From assembly GCF_000142905.1 (NCBI RefSeq), contig NW_013657615.1, positions 1 through 64,000 of the forward strand: a DNA stretch of 64,000 nucleotides, in the 5' to 3' direction. A program made the translations under genes and the position numbers. Positions 58,149 to 64,000 of the stretch are shown piece after piece (position 1 is the first letter of the stretch; the number at the start of each line of letters is the position of its first letter). The notes beneath the pieces are model-generated. The model was given only the letters and a program-made list of their open reading frames with translations, was not told the DNA's origin and did no database searches. Source of the stretch: Thecamonas trahens ATCC 50062. Its lineage: Eukaryota; Protista; Apusomonadida.

Positions 58149-59932
58149 TTACGCTGTGCTCGTCGGTGCAGCGGCAGCGGCCGGCTCGGCCGGCGTCGCC
58201 TTCTTCTTGTTCTTCTTCTTCTTCTGCTTGCCGGTCTGCTTCTTGGCGTAGTCACGGAACTCGGCCAGGCCGAGGTGGTCGAAGGAGCGGACGGACATAA
58301 ACTCGGTGACCTGCTCGTCGGTGACCTTGGCACGGGCAGCCTGGTGGTTTGCAACGAGGTCGGCCATGATGGCGATGAGCTCCTTCTTGACCTCTCCGGT
58401 GAGCATGCGGCCGGCCGAGTACTCGACGCGGATCTCTTCGAGACGGGCGTCGTCGTCGAGGAAGACCTCGAGGTACTGGAAGGGGATGTCGCGGGCGAGG
58501 TTAGCACCGTTGGCGCGGTGCTCCTCGATAGTTTCGCCGCCACCGGAGACGCATGCGCCAATCTTCTTCTTGATCTGCTTCTTCGAGTCGGTGAGGAAGA
58601 TGGCGGACATGGGCGAGGACGAGCCCATCTTTGAGCCTGCGCCCTGCAGGCCCGGGAAGAAGCGGGTGTAGATGAGTGAGGGCTTAAGGTAGCCGAGCTT
58701 GGGTGCAACGTCGCGGGTGAGGCGGAAGTACGGGTCCTGATCGATGGCGGCTGGGATGAGGCAGCGGATGTCGCGGCGGTTGCCAAACATGTGTGGGAAG
58801 GTAGAGGCGAACGAGGGCGCGGCCTGGACGGCCGGGAAGCCCCACTTGCCGATGTTGTCCGAGTTGGTAAAGCCAAAGATGGCGCGGACCATGGAGCCGG
58901 TCGTAGCCTTGCGGATCTTGAGCACGTTCGGGTAGAGGTGCTGGATGTAGTCGGTGTCGGCAAAGATAAAGGTCTTGGCCGGGTCAAAGCCGACGGCGAT
59001 GATGTCCTTGACGTTCTCACGGAGGAAGATGGCAGCGTCATCGAGCGACATGTTCTTCCACAGGAACTTCTCGTCGTCGGTCATCTGGATGACCAGAGGG
59101 ACGTCGAAGGCGTCCTGCAGGTACTTTGTGAAGAGGAAGGGGATGAGGTGGCCGACGTGCATCGAGTCAGACGACGGGCCGCGCCCGGTGTAGACATAGA
59201 ACGGCGTGCCTGCCTCGTACGCATCAAGCAGCTCCTTCAGATCGCGATGCGAGAAGAAGAGCCCTCTCCGGAGCCACGGATGCGCCGGCTTGCCCGTCAG
59301 CTCCTCCACCCTGGCGATGAGCTCGGGCGTGATCTCCTGCGTGCCAAAGTCGCGCAGCAGCCGGTCGTAGTCGATCCCATCCTCGCCGCCTTCCACCTCC
59401 CACGGCGTCACCACCTGTCCGCTGGCCCCTGCCCCTGCGTCTGCCTTGTCTGCCTCAGCCTCGGTCTCGTCCTGTGTGTGATGTGTGTGTTGGTGGTGGT
59501 GGTTGGGGGCGGGGGTGTGAGGGTGAGTGAGAGTGGATGGATGGATGCATGAGTGCAAGGAGAGTTAATTGAGCAACGATAAATGCAAGGAGAATTAATT
59601 GGGTAACGATATATATGAGGAGAGTTAATTGAGTAACGATAAATGTAAGGAGAGTTAATCGTGGGCACGTAGGGCGAAGGTTCGAATGGATCGTGGCAAC
59701 GGCAGGCTGGGCGAGGGAGAGGACGGGGGAACAGGGGAACACGTACAGCAGTAGAAGGCGCTGAGGACGAAGCCTCCTTCTCGGCCTTGAGGGAAAGAAG
59801 CTTGGCAACCTCGTCCTTGATCTGTGTGGACAGAGATGCACGCTCCTCGTCGGTCGTTGCACCAGCCTTGGCGGCCTTCAGCTTCCGCACAATGTCGCCT
59901 TGGACCTTAATCTTCTGCTCGAGAATGTCCAT
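58149..59932 (-). CDS. WARS: Cytoplasmic tryptophanyl-tRNA synthetase with N-terminal WHEP domain; intron 59472-59746
   Basis: [39 protein letters not shown] and MLTGEVKK. Exon 1 encodes [13 protein letters not shown]...VAKLLSLK; phase-0 gtacgt...acacag intron. Confidence 0.95.
59553..59660. repeat. ~30-bp AT-rich tandem repeat in the TrpRS intron
   Basis: aaggagagttaattgagcaacgataaatg, about 3.5 imperfect copies. Confidence 0.85.
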
Positions 59933-59989
59933 AATTAATCAATGAATGAAGTCGAGTGCTGGGCGATGGCCGGTGGAGGGCGGGCGGTG

Positions 59990-60346
59990 GGCGGCGGGCT
60001 GGTGATGGGCGGGCTGGTGATGGGCGGGCTGGTGATGGGCGGGTGGTGATGGGCGGGTGGTGATGGGCGGGCTGGTGATGGGCGGGCTGGTGATGGGAGA
60101 TGGGAGATGGGAGATGGGAGATGGGAAGTGGGTGGGTGGTGATGGGAGATGGGAGATGGGAGATGGGAGATGGGAAGTGGGTGGGTGGTGATGGGCGGGT
60201 GGTGATGGGAGATGGGCGGTGGGAAGTGGGTGGGTGATGGGCGGGTGGGAGATGGGAAGTGGGCGGGTGGTGATGGGAGATGGGAGATGGGAAGTGGGTG
60301 GGTGATGGGCGGGTGGGAGATGGGAAGTGGGCGGGTGGTGATGGGC
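59990..60346. repeat. G-rich composite repeat (gggcgggctggtgat / gggagat / gggaagtgggt)
   Basis: Directly visible; dense GGG tracts on the + strand. Confidence 0.9.
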
Positions 60347-60453
60347 CCACAGCCGATCGGAAGATGGCTGGCTGGCTCCACTTGCACTACCTCCTAACTC
60401 ACCCGGCCAACTATTCAGCCCTCTTGTCTTTACCATCTCGCTTCCTCGGCCAA

Positions 60454-63400
60454 CTACGCAGGCTCCTCGCGCGGCTCGATGAGGACTTCGTTGACGCCGA
60501 CCCACTCGGGCTGCGTCACGGCGTACACGATGGAACGGGCGACGTCCTCGGGCTCGAGGACCTTCGCGCCCGACGGCGCACCGTACTGCTCGACGGCTGA
60601 GGCGTCGGTGGAGAGGCCGAGCAGCGGCGTGGCCACGTTGCCCGGCTGGATGGAGGTGACACGGATGCCGGTGTTGGCGGTCTCGACCCGGAGGCCCTGG
60701 GAGAGCGCCTCCACATAGAACTTGGATGCCGAGTAGACCGAGAGGCCCGGGAAGACCTTGCGCCCGGCGTCGGACGAGATGTTGACGACGTGGCCGGAGC
60801 CGCGCTCGAGCATCGACGGCAGGACCGTGCCGATGGTCAGCGTCGTGCCCTTGCAGTTGACGTCAATCGTCCGCATCCAATCGTCGATGCAGACAGACGC
60901 CATGTGCGTGAAGTACATCACGCCGGCGCAGTTGACAAGGATGTCGACCGGGCCAAAGGCCGCGACTGTCGCCGCCACTCCAGCCTCCACCGACGCCTGC
61001 GACGTCACGTCCATGCCGACACACGCCACGCGTCCGCGCGCCTCTGCCACTGCCGCCGCCAGCTTCTCCTCCGACCGCGCCGCAAACATGACTGCCGCGC
61101 CCGCCGCCGCCAACGCCTGCGCCGTCGCCCGCCCGATTCCGGACGACGCGCCCGTGACAAGCGCCACCTTGCCGGCAAGCGGCGCAGAGCCGGCGCCGAC
61201 CGGCAGCCACCCTCGCGCGGCCATGTTGGCCACGTACTTGGCCACCAGCGCACGCCCGAGTCCGCGCCGCCGCCCCGCGTCCGCCAGATGCGCCGCCTCG
61301 TGCGACGCCGTCGCACCCGTCGCCAGCCGCGGCACATCCACAAGCTCCGCCGCAGACTGGAGCGAGGCCACCCACGCCGCGACTTGCGAGAGCATCGACG
61401 ACGGGCCGGCACCTGCCGCCGCCGCAAGCACACGCGCCCGCCACTCGCCGTACGACACGTACTCGAGAGCAACGCCCGCAGCCGCAGAGAGCCACGCGTT
61501 CCACTCGGTGCCCGAGACCGGCGACGGATGGACCACGTTGAACGCCGCACCCGCAGAGCTCGGCTCCGAGCCGAGTCCGATGACAAGCCGCGCCGCGTAG
61601 TCGACCGGCGTCAGCTCGACCTCCCACTCGTCGAGCAGCGGCGCACACGCCGTGTGCAGAATGCCGAGCCAGATGAGGACCTGCGAGTCGGCCGGGTTCA
61701 CGCACCCGCTCACCGACGACCCGCCGAGGTTGCCGGGCCGGTAGACAGAGACCGGAACGCCCGCGTCGGCCGCCGCCCACACAAGCTGCTCCGCCGCCCA
61801 CTTGGTCTGCCCGTAGCCCGAGGTCGACACCAGCGTGGCCTCCAGCCCGCCGATCTCCCGCGTCTCGGCCAGCGCCCCACTCGCCGCCGGCGGGAAGATG
61901 CCGTTGGTCGAGATGTAGTGCAGCGTCGCGCCGGCGGCGCTGGCCAGCGTCGCCACCGCTAGCGTGCCCAACACGTTGGCACCGCGAAGGAGATCGTACG
62001 GCAGGACGAGGTTGACCCACGCCGCGCAGTGGATGATGACATCAACGCGCGGCACAACGCTCTCCAGAACTTCGGGCCGCAGCAGGCCCTTGCCCGCCCG
62101 CGGCTCCTCCGAGCTCAGGTCGCCCTCGACCACCACCACCCGTCCGGTGTTGAGTGCACGGTCGAGCGCCCGCACGTCGAGCGCATACGTGTCAAACGCG
62201 CCCATCATCGCCGTCCGCGTATCGCCCGGCGACTCGGACCGCGGGCGGACAACCACAAAGATGACCTCGGCATCGGTCTTGTCGTGGATGAGCTGCGCGA
62301 GGATTGACGAACCGAGGAAGCCTGTTGCTCCGGTGAGCAGGATGCCGCGCGCCGAGCTGATGCCAGTCCACTGCGGGGTCTTGACAACATCAAGCGGGTT
62401 GCTGTTGAACAGCTTGGCGTCGTCGACCCACGGCTGCGCGTCGGCAATGCCGATCGGCCCGGCCTTGCCCGACAGCGCCGCGGCGTGGGCGGCAAGGCCC
62501 GGCTCGGCATACAGTGCGGTCATGGCGAGCTTGCCGCCGAGGATGCGTTCGTACTGGTACAGCAGTTGAGCCGCCGCCAGCGAGTGCCCGCCAAGGTCAA
62601 AGAACGAGTCGTTTGCCGTCACCGTTCCGGCCGGCAGCGAGAGCACGTGGTCCCAGATGGCGCAGAGAACAGCCTCGGTCTCGGCCATGCCCAGCGACGC
62701 CGCACCCTGGGGCACAATCGGCGGAAGCGGCGGGACCTGTGCCCGCGACGGGAGCTCCGGCAAGGCCTTGCGGTCGAGCTTGCCGGATACGCTGTTGATG
62801 GGCAGGTCGTCGAGGAGGAGCCAGACCGACGGAATCATGTAGTCCGGCAGGACGTCGGCGAGAGCGGCGCGCAGCGCGGGCGCGGCACCGGTCGTCGAGT
62901 CGATGTCTGCCGCCGTCGGCAAGTGCTTGCCAGGCGGTGCTACCGACTCGTCGGTCACCACCAGGTACGCCGCCAGCCGCTTGTCCTCACCCTCGGCGCC
63001 GTCGGCTACGACGACGGCCGACGCAAGGGCAAGGCTCTCCAGCAGCGCCGACTCGATGGCCGAGAGCGTGACCGAATACCCGCGGATCTTGACGAAAAAG
63101 TTGCAGCGGCCGAGGACCTCGAGGCACCCGTTGGGCAGGAGCCTCACCCGGTCGCCGGTCTTGTACATGCGGTCGGTGTAGTCGCAGCGGACATCGTCGT
63201 GGGTGTTGCCCACAAACTCACCGCCGGCATCAGCGAGCGCAAACGGGTTCGGCGGGAAGCGCTCGGCGGTGAGCGCCGGCGACGAGTAGCCGCGGGCGAG
63301 GACCGGGCCCGAGACAAAGAGCTCGCCGGCCTCACCCGGCGCGACCGGCGCCAGGGTCTCCGAGTCGAGGATGTGGCAGTGGGCAGTGTCGGCTGGGAAG

Positions 63401-64000
63401 CCGACCGGCGCCACAGCCGGCGAGTCGGCGAGCAGCTCGGGCTTGCGCAGATTGAGCGCCGCCACTTCGTGGCACTCGGAGATCGAGTACAGGTTGTACA
63501 GAGCGCACGAGTCCGGAAGAACCGACTCGAGCGTCGCCAGCAGCTTGCGGGTTACCACCTCGCCGTTGAGCCAGACGATGGCAAAGCCGGCAAAGAGGGC
63601 GCGGAGCGCGTCCATGTCGTACGAGGCGAGGAGCGACTCAATGAGCGAGGGCGTGAAGAGCATCTCGGACACATCGTGCTCCTCCAGGTAGCTCACCAGC
63701 GCCGGAAAGTCGTAGATGATGCTGTTGGGGATGGAGAGCAGCGTGCCACCGCGGAGAAGCGGACGGATCGACTCCCAGATGTAGAACACGTTGGCGGCGA
63801 CGACGTAGCCGTTGCGGCCGGGGAGCGGGGTGTAGTCACCTCCCGCCAGTGACCACCGCCAAATGTACGAGGTGACTGGCGCATGATGCGGGTTGAGGAT
63901 GGCCTTGGGCATGCCTGTCGTTCCGGACGAGGCCGAGACAAAGGCAAGGGCATCGCGATCGACCGGCACACGCTTGTCCGCCGGCAGCGGGGTGAGGCCC
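60454..64000 (-). CDS. NRPS-like A-T-R-R(SDR) reductase, glycine betaine reductase (ATRR)-like; 5' truncated by the window edge
   Basis: A domain SSGTTGMPK, NVFYIWE, NLYSISECHE, YKTGD, VKIRGY, PDYMIP, SGKLDR. T domain FFDLGGHSL. R domain LLTGATGFLG, GYGQTKW. SDR LVTGASSGIG, NCAG, YSASK. Confidence 0.92.
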   Translation of the reverse strand, partial: GLTPLPADKRVPVDRDALAFVSASSGTTGMPKAILNPHHAPVTSYIWRWSLAGGDYTPLPGRNGYVVAANVFYIWESIRPLLRGGTLLSIPNSIIYDFPALVSYLEEHDVSEMLFTPSLIESLLASYDMDALRALFAGFAIVWLNGEVVTRKLLATLESVLPDSCALYNLYSISECHEVAALNLRKPELLADSPAVAPVGFPADTAHCHILDSETLAPVAPGEAGELFVSGPVLARGYSSPALTAERFPPNPFALADAGGEFVGNTHDDVRCDYTDRMYKTGDRVRLLPNGCLEVLGRCNFFVKIRGYSVTLSAIESALLESLALASAVVVADGAEGEDKRLAAYLVVTDESVAPPGKHLPTAADIDSTTGAAPALRAALADVLPDYMIPSVWLLLDDLPINSVSGKLDRKALPELPSRAQVPPLPPIVPQGAASLGMAETEAVLCAIWDHVLSLPAGTVTANDSFFDLGGHSLAAAQLLYQYERILGGKLAMTALYAEPGLAAHAAALSGKAGPIGIADAQPWVDDAKLFNSNPLDVVKTPQWTGISSARGILLTGATGFLGSSILAQLIHDKTDAEVIFVVVRPRSESPGDTRTAMMGAFDTYALDVRALDRALNTGRVVVVEGDLSSEEPRAGKGLLRPEVLESVVPRVDVIIHCAAWVNLVLPYDLLRGANVLGTLAVATLASAAGATLHYISTNGIFPPAASGALAETREIGGLEATLVSTSGYGQTKWAAEQLVWAAADAGVPVSVYRPGNLGGSSVSGCVNPADSQVLIWLGILHTACAPLLDEWEVELTPVDYAARLVIGLGSEPSSAGAAFNVVHPSPVSGTEWNAWLSAAAGVALEYVSYGEWRARVLAAAAGAGPSSMLSQVAAWVASLQSAAELVDVPRLATGATASHEAAHLADAGRRRGLGRALVAKYVANMAARGWLPVGAGSAPLAGKVALVTGASSGIGRATAQALAAAGAAVMFAARSEEKLAAAVAEARGRVACVGMDVTSQASVEAGVAATVAAFGPVDILVNCAGVMYFTHMASVCIDDWMRTIDVNCKGTTLTIGTVLPSMLERGSGHVVNISSDAGRKVFPGLSVYSASKFYVEALSQGLRVETANTGIRVTSIQPGNVATPLLGLSTDASAVEQYGAPSGAKVLEPEDVARSIVYAVTQPEWVGVNEVLIEPREEPA

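Noticed and set aside
60454-64000. Lys2 aminoadipate reductase or a secondary-metabolite cluster
   Set aside because: The extra C-terminal SDR and NVFYIWE motif fit ATRR better; no tailoring genes are adjacent within the window.

Overview
GC-rich, gene-dense, intron-poor eukaryotic genomic scaffold with three N gaps. It comes from a flagellated unicellular organism (SPAG16/PF20 and CCDC113 are present). Composition and gene content are reminiscent of an apusomonad such as Thecamonas, but this is an inference I cannot verify. About 24 protein genes are supportable. They include a hybrid GAF-HisKA-HATPase-REC-REC histidine kinase, an LRR/multi-TM receptor, a PP2C pseudophosphatase, an M6PR/ATG27-tail protein, a Nup1/Nup153-like FG nucleoporin, a sterol desaturase and PPR-, RING-H2- and CH-domain proteins. 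Also present are a NUDIX hydrolase, NBP35, a CCCH/degenerate SF1 helicase, SPAG16, CCDC113, a glomulin-like protein, a TKL kinase, an SOS1-like Na+/H+ antiporter, a WHEP-bearing TrpRS and an A-T-R-R NRPS-like reductase. Three things stand out. (1) Seven genes are broken at 8 sites, each repaired by adding one base, at or beside a short homopolymer; this is most likely sequencing error but is testable. (2) The introns share a GTACGY donor and an ACTCAC-like branch motif, and the four fully resolved ones lie near the 5' end. (3) The ATRR-type enzyme and the WHEP-TrpRS have domain architectures best known from fungi and vertebrates respectively. No rRNA, tRNA, CRISPR array or transposase was recognised.
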